Positions 43,007-53,089 of a stretch of 64,000 nt of DNA are shown here, one piece after another. Both the position numbers and the translations under genes were made by a program. The notes under the pieces were generated by a model that was not told where the DNA came from, made no database searches, and was given only the letters and a program-made list of their open reading frames with translations. The DNA is from Candidatus Marinacidobacterales bacterium (GTDB lineage: Bacteria > Acidobacteriota > Vicinamibacteria > Marinacidobacterales > SMYC01). The stretch lies in the NCBI GenBank assembly GCA_965224085.1, contig CBDCYI010000011.1, positions 1,088,001 through 1,152,000 of the forward strand, written 5' to 3'. The first letter of the stretch is position 1. Every line of letters starts with the position of its first letter.

Positions 43007-43600
43007 ATGGCAGCCATGAGATACAGCGCTCTTCTCGCCGTTCTCGCGCTCAGCTGCGCGAGCCAGGCGGAGTCGGAGTCCGAGTCCGATCGCTATGAGA
43101 TCGACCCGCAGCATCTCACGGTGGGCTTTCTCGTGGAGCATGTCGGCTTCGCCAAGGTGTTCGGGATGTTCCGCGAGGCTGTCGGTGCGTTCACCTTCGA
43201 TGAGGAGACCGGCGAAATCTCGGACGTTCGCGTGGTCGTGCAAACGAAGAGTGTCTTTACCGGTGTCGAGGCCCGGGATCGACACCTGCGGAGCGGGGAC
43301 TTTCTCGCGGTAGAGGAGTTCCCCGAGATGGTCTTCGAAGCGGACCGGATGGTGCTCGAAGACCGAGGCGGTGAGCTCGCGGGCCGTCTGACCATCCTCG
43401 GGGTGACGAAACCCTTGAATCTGTCGGTGACGTGGAACAAGAGCGGGAAGTCTCCACTGCCCGGCAATCCTTATGTCGCCGGCCTCTCCGCGCGCGGCGG
43501 TTTCGAGCGAAGCGCTTACGGCATGAGCTACGGCGTGGCCGATGGGCTCGTCGGGAACGAGGTGGAGCTCATCATCGAGCTCGAGGCGCAGCGACAGTAG
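43007..43600 (+). CDS. YceI-family lipoprotein
   Basis: ID..H..V.F.VEH.G, RDRHLRS.DF and G.LTI.GVTK. Confidence 0.9.
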   Translation: MAAMRYSALLAVLALSCASQAESESESDRYEIDPQHLTVGFLVEHVGFAKVFGMFREAVGAFTFDEETGEISDVRVVVQTKSVFTGVEARDRHLRSGDFLAVEEFPEMVFEADRMVLEDRGGELAGRLTILGVTKPLNLSVTWNKSGKSPLPGNPYVAGLSARGGFERSAYGMSYGVADGLVGNEVELIIELEAQRQ

Positions 43601-43603
43601 AGA

Positions 43604-45229
43604 ATGATGCGCGTGCTCCCGCCTCTTCTCTTCTTTCTCTATTTCAACGCCCTCTTCACGTTCGAGAACATTCCTTCTACACCTGCGATAGGTCTCGTTT
43701 GGAAGCTTTCGATCGAAGTCGTGCTTCTTCTCGCACTGCTGGCCGCCGTCCGCACTTTCGGATGGAAGCTCTCCCGCTTCGCCAAGGCGAGCCTATCCTT
43801 TTCGATCCTGGCCCTCGTGCTCGTCCGCTATGTCGACATTACAGCGCTCGGCGTTTTGGGTAGAGCGTTCAATCTGCACGGCGATTTCCCTCACGTGCAT
43901 CGCGTCTTCGCGATGTTCTGGGAAGCGATGTCGCTCGGAAACGGGCTTTTGGTGCTCGCGATGGCGGCGACCATTGTGGGTGGCGCGTTCGCTCTCAATT
44001 GGGTGGGCCTCATTGTATGGGAGCGCGCGCTCGAGAAGAAGACCCTGCGTCTGATGATGTTCTACGCGACCCCGGTGTTGACTGTATTTTTTTTTCTCGC
44101 AGCGGGCCGAGCGTTCTCCGTTCCCACGACGTCGATCGTCCGGAAACAAATACAGAACCTTCGGACGGGTGAAGCCGACCAACGCGCCGCCGAAGAGATC
44201 GAGTGGCCGCCGCACAACGTCGAATCGAAACTCCACCGGCTCGGCGGCGCCAACGTGTTTCTCATCTTCCTCGAGTCCTATGGGGTCACTTTGATCGAAG
44301 ATGCGCATCATTTCGATTTGATCGGCCCGCGATTCCACGCGCTCGAGGAAAACCTCAGACAGGCCAAGTACCATTTCGCTTCGTCTCAGATCTACTCTCC
44401 CACTTTCGGCGGTGGCTCTTGGCGGGCTCACGCGACCTTTCTGAGCGGCTTTCACGTCGATAGCGAGCATATGTATAACGCTCTGCTCGCATCCGACCGA
44501 GAAACGCTCGTCTCGGTCCTCTCCGGGCACGGGTACCGCACGGTGGCCGCCGAGCCCGGGGTCAAATGGTACTGGCCCGACGGCGAGTTCTATGGTTTCG
44601 ACCGCATCTATGCGTTCGACGACCTCGGCTATCAAGGACCGCCCATGGGCTGGTGGAAGATCCCGGATCAGTTCACGATGTACCGTCTCTACCAGGACGA
44701 GATCCGCGGCGCCAAAAAGCCGCTCTTCGCTAAATTCTCTCTCATCATGAGCCACATCCCGTACTTTCCCATTCCGGAATATGTGGAGGACTGGTCGCGC
44801 TTCGACGACGGCACCGCGTTTCAAAGGAGCCTCGACTCCGTCGCACATGATGCTTATCGAGATCTGAGAGAGCTCTCGTCCTGGTATGTCGAAGCCTTCC
44901 GCTACGAGCTCGATATCTTGGAGGGGTTTCTCCTCGACTACGTGCCCGAAAACTCCCTCGTGATCGTTGTCGGGGACCATCAGCCGCCCAAGCTCGTCAC
45001 GCACGACAACGATAGCTGGGCGGTCCCCATGCACGTTTTCAGCAAAAGGCCGGAGCTCGTCCGTGCTTTCGACGCTCTCGGATTTCGAGAGGGCCTGGTG
45101 CCTCTGCACCCGACTTCCTTGACGATGGCAGGGTTTTTGTCGAGCTTTCTCGAGATTTACGTCGAGCCGGCGCCCGAGGTTAAACCTGAGGTTGAACCCG
45201 AGGTTGAACCCGAGGTTGAAGAAGAGTAG
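43604..45229 (+). CDS. Membrane-anchored sulfatase/alkaline-phosphatase-superfamily (LtaS-like) protein
   Basis: N-terminal TMs; IFLESYG, SPTFGGGSWRAH and GDHQP. Confidence 0.8.
   Translation: MMRVLPPLLFFLYFNALFTFENIPSTPAIGLVWKLSIEVVLLLALLAAVRTFGWKLSRFAKASLSFSILALVLVRYVDITALGVLGRAFNLHGDFPHVHRVFAMFWEAMSLGNGLLVLAMAATIVGGAFALNWVGLIVWERALEKKTLRLMMFYATPVLTVFFFLAAGRAFSVPTTSIVRKQIQNLRTGEADQRAAEEIEWPPHNVESKLHRLGGANVFLIFLESYGVTLIEDAHHFDLIGPRFHALEENLRQAKYHFASSQIYSPTFGGGSWRAHATFLSGFHVDSEHMYNALLASDRETLVSVLSGHGYRTVAAEPGVKWYWPDGEFYGFDRIYAFDDLGYQGPPMGWWKIPDQFTMYRLYQDEIRGAKKPLFAKFSLIMSHIPYFPIPEYVEDWSRFDDGTAFQRSLDSVAHDAYRDLRELSSWYVEAFRYELDILEGFLLDYVPENSLVIVVGDHQPPKLVTHDNDSWAVPMHVFSKRPELVRAFDALGFREGLVPLHPTSLTMAGFLSSFLEIYVEPAPEVKPEVEPEVEPEVEEE
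45173..45220 (+). repeat. 12-bp tandem repeat x4 encoding a PEV(K/E) tail
   Basis: CCCGAGGTTGAA units visible. Confidence 0.9.
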
Positions 45230-45231
45230 CC

Positions 45232-45969
45232 ATGTCGCTGGCCGTCACTTCGTTGCGTCGTCAGGGAAGCGCGGTGGCCCTGTTGGGATTCGGCAGTATC
45301 GCTCTTTTGGCGGTCTCGCAGCCTATTTGGCTGGTGGGCTCGATGGTGATCTGGGCCTATTGTCTCTACCTTCTGTTTGGAAGTCTCGAAGAGAACATCC
45401 GCGACGGTGAGTCGGCGCCTCTCGCGAGCTTGGGATGGCCTACGCTCTTAACACTCATGCGAGGCGTTCTTCTTGCTGTCGTCGCGGGCTTTCTCTTCAC
45501 CCCGATGCCGCTTGGGGAGCGCGCCTACTTTCCCCCGGGCGCCTATACGCTCGCCGTTGTGCTGGATCACATCGACGGGCGTCTCGCGCGGGCGATGGGG
45601 CGCGCGACGCTCCTCGGTGAGCGCCTCGATATGGAGGTCGACGCTGCAGGGATCTTGATAGCAAGCCTCCTCGCGATCCAATACGGCAAGCTCCCAGCAT
45701 GGTACGTCGTCATCGGGCTCGCGCGCTATCTGTTCGTGCTCGGGATCGCCTGGCGTCGCCGTCGGGCGCGCGTCGTGCTCGAGCTCGAGCCGAATGCGTT
45801 GCGCCGCCTGTTGGCGGGCGTACAAATGGGCTTTCTCGCGGTGTCGTTGTGGCCGCCGATGCCTTTTGAAGCGTCGCTCTTCGCGGCACCTTTCTTCGCG
45901 GGTGCATCGCTCGCGATGTTCGCCCGAGATTGGTGGTGGGTCTCCGGGCGTCTCCATCGAGCGGCATGA
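45232..45969 (+). CDS. CDP-alcohol phosphatidyltransferase family protein
   Basis: DHIDGRLARAMGRATLLGERLDMEVD signature. Confidence 0.9.
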   Translation: MSLAVTSLRRQGSAVALLGFGSIALLAVSQPIWLVGSMVIWAYCLYLLFGSLEENIRDGESAPLASLGWPTLLTLMRGVLLAVVAGFLFTPMPLGERAYFPPGAYTLAVVLDHIDGRLARAMGRATLLGERLDMEVDAAGILIASLLAIQYGKLPAWYVVIGLARYLFVLGIAWRRRRARVVLELEPNALRRLLAGVQMGFLAVSLWPPMPFEASLFAAPFFAGASLAMFARDWWWVSGRLHRAA

Positions 45970-46892
45970 GCCGGGCTCGCACTTTGCGGGCCGCTCTCTG
46001 GGTCTTGGCGGCGGGTCTGTTCGCTTGGACGCTCAGCCGTGTCCCGCTCGCGGACGCCTGGAGCGCGATTCGGGGGCTCGATGCGACAGCGCTCGTAGTG
46101 CTCGTCTCTTTGAACGCGCTCGCGCTTCTCGTCTTCGGCTTGAAGTGGTGGGTCGTGCTGCGTGGACTGGGACACAAAGTTGGGTTGTTCGAAACGGCGC
46201 TCTACCGGCTCGCGGGCTTCGGATTCGCTTACTTCACCCCCGGCCCGCGGATCGGCGGCGAACCGGTTCAAGTGATCCTGGCGGAGCAACGCTCGGGCGT
46301 TCCCCGGGATGCGGCCATTGCGTCGGTGGCGCTCGACCGCATGCTCGACGCGTCCATCAATCTCGGCTTTGTCTTGGCCGCGGCTCTCTATCTGCTGGAA
46401 GGAGGAGGGGCTCTTTTTGTCGGCATCCTGCTCGCCGTGCCACTCGGATATATGCTCGCGCTCGCGCGTGGCCATCGCCCGCTGGCCGCATTCGTCCGCC
46501 GCGAAGTCGTCCGCTCGATCGAAGATCAGACCGGGCGTTTTTGCCGCGAGCGCGCCGGCCACTTGATGCTCGCCGTGCTCGCAGGTTTGGCCAGCCTTTC
46601 GATGATGCTCGCCGAATATTGGCTCCTGAGTTTCTATCTCGGGACGCCGCTGAGCTTCCGCCAGCTCGTCATCGGCCTCGCCGCGGCCCGCATCGCTTAT
46701 TTTCTTTTTCTGCCCGCGGCCCTCGGTGTTCTGGAAGCCGGTCAGGTGATAGCGGTCCGCTCGTTGGGGCTTCCCGTCGCGCTCGGCGTCAGCTTGAGTC
46801 TCGTGATCCGGTTTCGCGACGTTCTCGTCGCCGCGCTCGGGCTGTGGTGGGGGATGCGCGCCGTTACGGCGAGTCTCGAGCGATCGTCTTGA
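45966..46892 (+). CDS. UPF0104 / lysylphosphatidylglycerol-synthase TM (flippase-like) protein
   Basis: TPGPRIGGEP, LDR and PAALGVLEA; ATGA overlap. Confidence 0.85.
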   Translation: MSRARTLRAALWVLAAGLFAWTLSRVPLADAWSAIRGLDATALVVLVSLNALALLVFGLKWWVVLRGLGHKVGLFETALYRLAGFGFAYFTPGPRIGGEPVQVILAEQRSGVPRDAAIASVALDRMLDASINLGFVLAAALYLLEGGGALFVGILLAVPLGYMLALARGHRPLAAFVRREVVRSIEDQTGRFCRERAGHLMLAVLAGLASLSMMLAEYWLLSFYLGTPLSFRQLVIGLAAARIAYFLFLPAALGVLEAGQVIAVRSLGLPVALGVSLSLVIRFRDVLVAALGLWWGMRAVTASLERSS

Positions 46893-47937
46893 GAAATTCT
46901 TCGATTCGGTCCATCGATTGCTCCCAGGTAGGATGCGCGTGGAAGCTTTCGAGCGCGGCGAGGCTCAACCGACCGAGGAGCCCTCGATCCTCGAGGAGGC
47001 GCTCGAGCTGCCGGCTCAAGCTGAGCGTATCCCCCGGCTGGATGAGAAAGCCGTTTTGCTCGTGATGCACAGTCTCGTCGGTGGCACCGGCCGCGCTCGC
47101 GATGACGGGGATGCCGAAGCCGAGCGCCTCTAAATAGACGATCCCGAAGCCCTCGTAGCTCGAAGGCACTACAAGAAGCTGGCTCTCCTGGTAGCGCTCA
47201 GCGAGGCGTTCGCCCCGGAGCACGCCGTGAAGCGTGAGACGCGAGCGCAGTTCGAGCGCGTCGATTTGTTGCCGCATCCGGCTTGCGTAGCCCGGGTCCA
47301 TCTCCTCACTTCCCACGATGTCGAGATGCCACGCCTGCTCACGAAGCTCGGCGAGTGCTTTGAGGAGAATGTGGAGTCCTTTCCTCTCGATCAGGTTTCC
47401 CACGAACAGCATGCGCAAGGGGCCCTCGGCGAACGCGCGTTGATAGATTTCCGGGCCGGTGAGCTTGGCCCCGAGCCGGTTACCGCCCGGCGTCGCGACG
47501 ACGTTGTGCGTCTTTTTGCTCAGAAGCTCTTCGACCGACTCGCGGGTCGTGTGGCTGTTGAAAACGAACGCGCCGACCGTCTGTAGGTAGCGCTTCTCGA
47601 TGCGCCGGTAGAGGTTGGTTCGCCTGGGCGCGTGACTTTCACTCGAGAGCAAGTGGTGCACGATGCAGACGATGGGCGCGGTCGCGCCGCGATTCGAACG
47701 GAATAGTGACGGGTGTGTGAGCTCGTCTTGTAATAAAACGTCGAAGCGTTCTTGCAATCGCCGTTTCAGCGACGGTAAAAAGTTCTGCGCCAAATGCCGA
47801 GCGTAGCTCCCATGCGGGAGCGAGAGGATATCGACGTCATGTCCACTGTCGCGCAAGTGCTCCGCCAGTTTTTGATCGTAGAGATTGCCGCCGGAAACCT
47901 GGTCCAATTGGCCGTAAACGACGAGCCCGATATGCAC
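46864..47937 (-). CDS. Glycosyltransferase family 4
   Basis: SGGNLYD, FVGNLIERKG and SSYEGFGIVYLEA. Confidence 0.88.
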   Translation of the reverse strand: MHIGLVVYGQLDQVSGGNLYDQKLAEHLRDSGHDVDILSLPHGSYARHLAQNFLPSLKRRLQERFDVLLQDELTHPSLFRSNRGATAPIVCIVHHLLSSESHAPRRTNLYRRIEKRYLQTVGAFVFNSHTTRESVEELLSKKTHNVVATPGGNRLGAKLTGPEIYQRAFAEGPLRMLFVGNLIERKGLHILLKALAELREQAWHLDIVGSEEMDPGYASRMRQQIDALELRSRLTLHGVLRGERLAERYQESQLLVVPSSYEGFGIVYLEALGFGIPVIASAAGATDETVHHEQNGFLIQPGDTLSLSRQLERLLEDRGLLGRLSLAALESFHAHPTWEQSMDRIEEFLKTIARDSP

Positions 47938-48001
47938 GGGGCGGGAGTATCGCAGCTCTGACGCTGGACGCGCAAGCGTGACGCCACATACACTTTCCTC
48001 G

Positions 48002-48256
48002 ATGCGCATCCCACCTCTCGGACTCGGTACTTGGGACCTCCGCGGGGATGCGTGTCGTCGTGCAGTACGCGAGGCGCTCGAGCTCGGCTACCGCCACGTC
48101 GACACGGCGCAAATGTACGAGAACGAGACCGATGTGGGCCGCGGTCTCGCGGCGGCTAGCGTGGATCGCGACGAAGTGTTCGTGACCACCAAGCTATGGC
48201 GCGACAACTTGACGTGCGACGCGGTGTCGAAGAGCACGGAGGCGAGCTTGAAACTT
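48002..48256 (+). pseudogene. Aldo/keto reductase N-terminal remnant
   Basis: LGLGTW, GYRHVDTAQMYENE and FVTTKLW; breaks after EASL. Confidence 0.82.
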
Positions 48257-48259
48257 CGT

Positions 48260-48420
48260 AGCGCCAGACTGGTCGCCCGATTGGGACTGATCAGAAGCTT
48301 CGGGATGCTCGAAAGGGTCAATGACACCAGTCTCCGGATGAATCTGGCATAATCGCGCGTGATCAGGAGGTAGCGTCCATTTAATGGCGAAATACATGCG
48401 CGGGGAGTCTCTCGCACAGT
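48260..48420 (-). mobile_element. Possible degraded tyrosine-integrase C-terminus
   Basis: ETP.ACIS..NG..LLITRDYARFI resembles the end of the catalytic-Tyr box; weak. Confidence 0.3.
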
Positions 48421-48528
48421 GTGTTGGCCCTCCGGCAGGGCGTTGATGCTAGGGCTTCTCGCCGAAGCGGAAGCGGTCGTCGGGCCTTATCCCGAAGGTC
48501 GCAACCTATTGGAGAGATAGAAACAGCC

Positions 48529-50844
48529 ATGCGCAAGTCAGCTCCGCGGTTCATCGGCGCGCGAGTAAAACGCCGCGAAGACCCCGCGCTCGTTAGCGGA
48601 GAAGGCAAGTTTGTCGCGGACATCGAGCTCGCCGCCGCGGCGACGATGGCCTTTGTCCGAAGCCCCTACGCTCATGCGACGGTGAAAAGGATCGATACGT
48701 CCGACGCCCTAGCGATACCGGGCGTTTTGACGGTTTACACCGCGGTGGATCTGAATCCGCTCGTCTCGAAGCCGTTCCCGTTTCTCACGAGCGGCGACGG
48801 CGGCCACCTCACGAACGTCTACCAGCAGAAGCGCTTCCCGCTCGCCTCCGACAAAGTGCGCCACGTCGGGGATCCGGTGGCTGTAGTGATTGCCGATGAT
48901 CCTTACGTGGCGGTCGATGCCGTAGAAGCCGTTTCGGTCGACTATGAGCCGCTCGGCACGGTCACCGAGACCGATCACGCGTTGTCGGAGGGCGCTCCCC
49001 TGATTCACGAGGACTGCGCCAAAAACCGCGCTTTCGATTGGAGTCTCGACGGTGGGGACATCGAAGGGGCTTTCGGGAAAGCGCATACGCGTGTGGAGCT
49101 TCGAGCCGACATCCAAAGGCTCGTGCCGAACGCGATGGAGCCTCGTGCCGTGGCCGCGAGCTTCGACGACGAAGATGGCTACACGCTCTGGACGACCACG
49201 CAAATCCCACATCAAATCCGCGATTTCCTCGCGGTGATGCTCGAGATCGACAGGAAGCGTTTCCGCGTCGTCGCTCCGGAAGTCGGCGGCGGCTTCGGCG
49301 CAAAATGCAACGTCTACGCCGAAGAGGTGCTTGCGGTCTTACTCGCGCACCACGTGCGGCGGGCGGTCCGCTGGACCGCTTCGAGAACAGAGGACTATCT
49401 CGTCACGAGCCACGGCCGTGACCAGGAGGGCGTCTTGCGCCTCGCGGCCGATGAGAGCGGGCGCGTGCTCGGGGCCGATCTCACACTCACGATGGATTGC
49501 GGCGCATATTTCAGCCGCGTAACGCCGATCATTCCGGCGCTCACGGGCGTGATGATGACGGGTGTCTATGACATCCCGAACGTCCGCGCGCGCGCCACGG
49601 GTGTGTTCACCAACAAAGTCATGAGCGAGCCCTATCGTGGCGCAGGCCGTCCAGAAGCCGCCTATTTTCTCGAGCGGGCGATGGACCTGCTCGCGGACGA
49701 GCTCGAGATGGATCCGGTCGAGCTCCGCCGCCGTAACTTCATCGCTTCGGATCGCTTTCCGTACGAGACCGCGACGGGGCTCACCTATGACAGCGGCGAT
49801 TACGAAGGCGCGCTCGATGAACTCTTGACGCACGTCGACTATGACCGTATTCGGAAGGAGCAAGCGAAGCGCCGCCAGGAGCCTTCGGCGAAGCTTCTCG
49901 GGATCGGGATCGCGTGCTACGTGGAGATTTGCGGTTTTGGGCCTTGGGAGCTCGGAAGCGTGCGGGTTGCCGCGGACGGCAAAGTCACCGTGCTGTCGGG
50001 CACATCCCCGCACGGGCAGGGCCACGCGACGAGCTGGGCACAAATCACGGCCGATACGCTTCAAGTACCACTCGAAGACGTTGAAGTGATCCATGGCGAC
50101 ACCAAGATCGTTCCAAAGGGGATTGGCACTTTTGGAAGCCGCAGCGCGCCGGTCGGTGGCGCCGCGGTGCACGAGAGCTCCGAGAAGGTACGGCAAGGGG
50201 CTGCGGCCATCGCGGCTCACCTGCTCGAGGCGGCACCGGCCGACATGCGGCTCGACAACGGCACGTTCCACGTCGTCGGCTTACCCGGACGCGGCGTGAG
50301 CTTGAAGGACGTCGCCGCCGCGGCGCACGCGGAGGATCTTCCAGAGGAGCTGAGCGGGAAGTTGAACGCGAGCACTCAGTTCGCGCCCTCCGGCGACACG
50401 TTTCCCTTCGGGGCGCATGCGAGCATTGTCGAGATCGATCCTGCCACGGGTGAAGTCGCCATCCTTCGTTTCATCTCCGTGGACGATTGCGGGAAGGTGA
50501 TCAATCCGCTTCTCGTCACCGGACAGGTACATGGTGGTCTAGCCCAGGGCATCGGACAAGCGCTTTGGGAAGGTGCTGTCTATGACGAAGGCGGGAATCT
50601 CGTGACAGGCAATTTGATGGAATATGCGGTACCGCGAGCGGATCTCTTGCCATCTTACGAGAACTACCGTACCGAGACGCCCACGCCGCTCAACGCGCTC
50701 GGCGTGAAGGGCATTGGCGAAGCGGCGACCATCGGCTCGACGCCCGCGGTCGTGAATGCGGTCGTGGACGCGCTCTCGCATCTCGGCATAAAGCACGTGG
50801 ACACGCCGCTAACGCCTGAAAAGATCTGGAAGCTAATCTCGTGA
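48529..50844 (+). CDS. Xanthine-dehydrogenase-family molybdopterin subunit (CoxL/CutL-like, form II-type motif)
   Basis: VGGGFG.K, PYRGAGRPE, HGQGH.T, GQVHGG.AQGIG and KGIGE. Confidence 0.9.
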   Translation: MRKSAPRFIGARVKRREDPALVSGEGKFVADIELAAAATMAFVRSPYAHATVKRIDTSDALAIPGVLTVYTAVDLNPLVSKPFPFLTSGDGGHLTNVYQQKRFPLASDKVRHVGDPVAVVIADDPYVAVDAVEAVSVDYEPLGTVTETDHALSEGAPLIHEDCAKNRAFDWSLDGGDIEGAFGKAHTRVELRADIQRLVPNAMEPRAVAASFDDEDGYTLWTTTQIPHQIRDFLAVMLEIDRKRFRVVAPEVGGGFGAKCNVYAEEVLAVLLAHHVRRAVRWTASRTEDYLVTSHGRDQEGVLRLAADESGRVLGADLTLTMDCGAYFSRVTPIIPALTGVMMTGVYDIPNVRARATGVFTNKVMSEPYRGAGRPEAAYFLERAMDLLADELEMDPVELRRRNFIASDRFPYETATGLTYDSGDYEGALDELLTHVDYDRIRKEQAKRRQEPSAKLLGIGIACYVEICGFGPWELGSVRVAADGKVTVLSGTSPHGQGHATSWAQITADTLQVPLEDVEVIHGDTKIVPKGIGTFGSRSAPVGGAAVHESSEKVRQGAAAIAAHLLEAAPADMRLDNGTFHVVGLPGRGVSLKDVAAAAHAEDLPEELSGKLNASTQFAPSGDTFPFGAHASIVEIDPATGEVAILRFISVDDCGKVINPLLVTGQVHGGLAQGIGQALWEGAVYDEGGNLVTGNLMEYAVPRADLLPSYENYRTETPTPLNALGVKGIGEAATIGSTPAVVNAVVDALSHLGIKHVDTPLTPEKIWKLIS

Positions 50845-50979
50845 GCGAAAGGTTACGCTTCTTTTATCGTTGATCGTTTCTACTATTGGCCCGTTTCAGC
50901 GGCGAAGATTTCGCGAAGCAGCTCACGCCAACGGGCGTATTGGGTCGCGACCGATCCTTCGAGTCTCAACACTTTACCG

Positions 50980-51785
50980 GGTATTGTCAAGTTGACGTTG
51001 AGCGAGCGAACCTATTGCGTCGAGCTGATTTCCTTTGCTCTCATCGGACGGCACAGGTTACCTCCTGCCAGACGATGAAAGCGCGGTCTCGTAGCTCCCG
51101 ATGATGATGCGCTTGCAACAAATGCCGTCCGACGCGAAAGAGGTTTTGCACGAGTCCATGCACGGTCAAGAATCGTTGCGCCTGCCCAGGAGTTTTAAAC
51201 TTCCGCATCTGTCGTTCCCGTTGTCGCGTCGGTTCGTGCGAGACTTCGGCTAGGTTGTTTCTGTACTGGTCAGTGTCGTGGACGACGGACGGCATGACCT
51301 CGCGGTGAGCGGCGCTGTAGCTTCTCAGTTTGTCGGTGACCAGCTGCCAGGGCGGACGGCCTTGCCCTTTCAACAGCTTGCGGAAGAATCGTTTGGCGGC
51401 TTTCTGATCACGGCGAGGCTGGACGAGGATATCAATCACATCACCATCTTGGTCTACCGCGCGCCAGAGGTATTGGCGTTCGCCTTGTATCTTTATGAAG
51501 ACCTCGTCCAGGTGCCACGTGTCACCAAGGCGACCCTGCCGACGCTTCAGTCGCCGAGCGTATTCCGGCCCGAACTTGATGCACCAAAGTCGGATCGCTT
51601 CGTAGGAAACCGTGATGCCTCGCTGAGCAAGCAGCTCTTCGACGTTTCGAAAGCTCACGCAGAATCGGTGGTAGAGCCAGACGGCGTGGCTGATGATTTC
51701 CGGTGGAAATCGATAGCCGTGGTAGCTTGGCGCATCGGTCTTCATTGGACCATTCTGTCAGTCACCGGCTCAATTTGACAGTACC
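50980..51785 (-). mobile_element. IS6-family insertion sequence
   Basis: TIRs GGTATTGTCAAGTTGA / GGTACTGTCAAATTGA (14/16); about 806 bp. Confidence 0.9.
51041..51745 (-). CDS. IS6-family transposase
   Basis: YRFPPEII, WHLDE, YLWRAVD, VTDKLRSY and NNLAE.SH. Confidence 0.95.
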   Translation of the reverse strand: MKTDAPSYHGYRFPPEIISHAVWLYHRFCVSFRNVEELLAQRGITVSYEAIRLWCIKFGPEYARRLKRRQGRLGDTWHLDEVFIKIQGERQYLWRAVDQDGDVIDILVQPRRDQKAAKRFFRKLLKGQGRPPWQLVTDKLRSYSAAHREVMPSVVHDTDQYRNNLAEVSHEPTRQRERQMRKFKTPGQAQRFLTVHGLVQNLFRVGRHLLQAHHHRELRDRAFIVWQEVTCAVR

Positions 51786-51796
51786 CTTGACGGATT

Positions 51797-51889
51797 TCCC
51801 GGACGCCGAGTGGGACTTGCGAATGTCCATGGCGCGACAATGCTCCCGGACGCCGAGTGGGACTTGCGAATGTCCATGGGCGACAATGC
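51797..51889 (+). repeat. 47/46-bp tandem duplication next to the IS6 end
   Basis: TCCCGGACGCCGAGTGGGACTTGCGAATGTCCATGG(C)GCGACAATGC twice. Confidence 0.9.
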
Positions 51890-51924
51890 TGGCTGCTCGG
51901 CGCCGACGTCGGGGGACGACGGCC

Positions 51925-52410
51925 GTGAACGAAGTCCGTCTCGGATTGCTCGGGTGCGGTCGGATTGTCCAACTCGTCCATCTGGAGGCGCTCGGGCGGT
52001 TGAAGCGGGCGAAGCTCGTGGCGGTGGCAGAGCCGCATCCGGAGTCTCAGCAATACGTGCGCACTCACGCACCCGACGTGGATGTCATGTCCGATTACAT
52101 GACCCTCTTGCGAAGAACGGATCTCGATGCGGTCGTCGTCTGTCTTCCAACGGGGCTGCACGTCCAGGCGGCGACCGAAGCCTTCGACCGAGACAAGCAC
52201 CTGTATCTGGAGAAACCAATCGCGACGAACCTCGCGGACGCACGATCGCTACTGGACACCTGGAGTCGCAATCCAGCGAAGCGGGCAGCGGTCGGGTTCC
52301 ACAATCGCTTCCATCCTCTTTATCAACAGGCGAAACAGATCGTTCAAAGCGACAAGCTGGGTCGAATCGTCGGAGCTCGCGTGTCTTGGTGCTCGGCAAC
52401 GCGGCAGCTA
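51925..52410 (+). pseudogene. Gfo/Idh/MocA oxidoreductase N-terminal remnant
   Basis: GLLGCG, HLYLEKPIA and VGFHNRF; truncated. Confidence 0.82.
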
Positions 52411-53056
52411 GGCCGAGATGGAAGGGCTCACCAAATCCGTGATTCTCGGGATTCTCTTCGGGATCGACTTCGAGGACAAAGGAGGAAAGCTGGGAGAAGC
52501 GATTCGCTTCCGTCGGTGTTACACCGAATACGTCTACCATTCACACTTGCCGCTCCGCACACGTTTGCCGCTGCCGATCGTGCGTCGCAACAGATGGGCG
52601 ATCGCGGCATTGGACGAGGCGATCTACGCCGAGATCGAGAAGAGGGGAAACGGATTCGTGGGCAACGACCTCGTGTCATCGTTGATCGATGCGACCTATC
52701 GCGACGGTTCACGGATGAATGATCGGCTGTTGTGCGATGAAATCCGTTCGCTGACCCACACCGGATATGAAACGATCGGCGACGCCTTGACCTGGACCTG
52801 GTATCGGCTCATGCAGAACTCGGATGTCGAAGCGCGGCTACTGGATGAATTGAACAATGTGTTGGGCGGGCGACCGCCGAGGATCGAAGATATCCCGCGA
52901 CTCGAGTACGCGCGGATGGTGATATCCGAGTCTATGCGCGTGTTTCCGCCAACCTGGATCTATGTACGTGTGCCGGTGGCGAGTGACCGGTTGCCCAGCG
53001 GCGTCGAAGTTGGACGTGGCGCCAAGCTCTACCTGTGTCCGTTCGTCATGCACGGT
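52410..53056 (+). pseudogene. Cytochrome P450 internal fragment
   Basis: I-helix TGYETIG and ExxR (ESMR.FPP.W); ends at PFVMHG with no heme Cys motif. Confidence 0.82.
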
Positions 53057-53089
53057 CGTCGCTGTGATGTTGACGTGACGCGCCTCGGG

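Noticed and set aside
48529-50844. Form I aerobic CO dehydrogenase
   Set aside because: It lacks the AYRCSFR motif and has no coxM/coxS or accessory genes nearby.
51797-51889. Repeat pair as a mini-CRISPR
   Set aside because: The copies are adjacent with no spacer and no cas genes are present; it is a simple tandem duplication.
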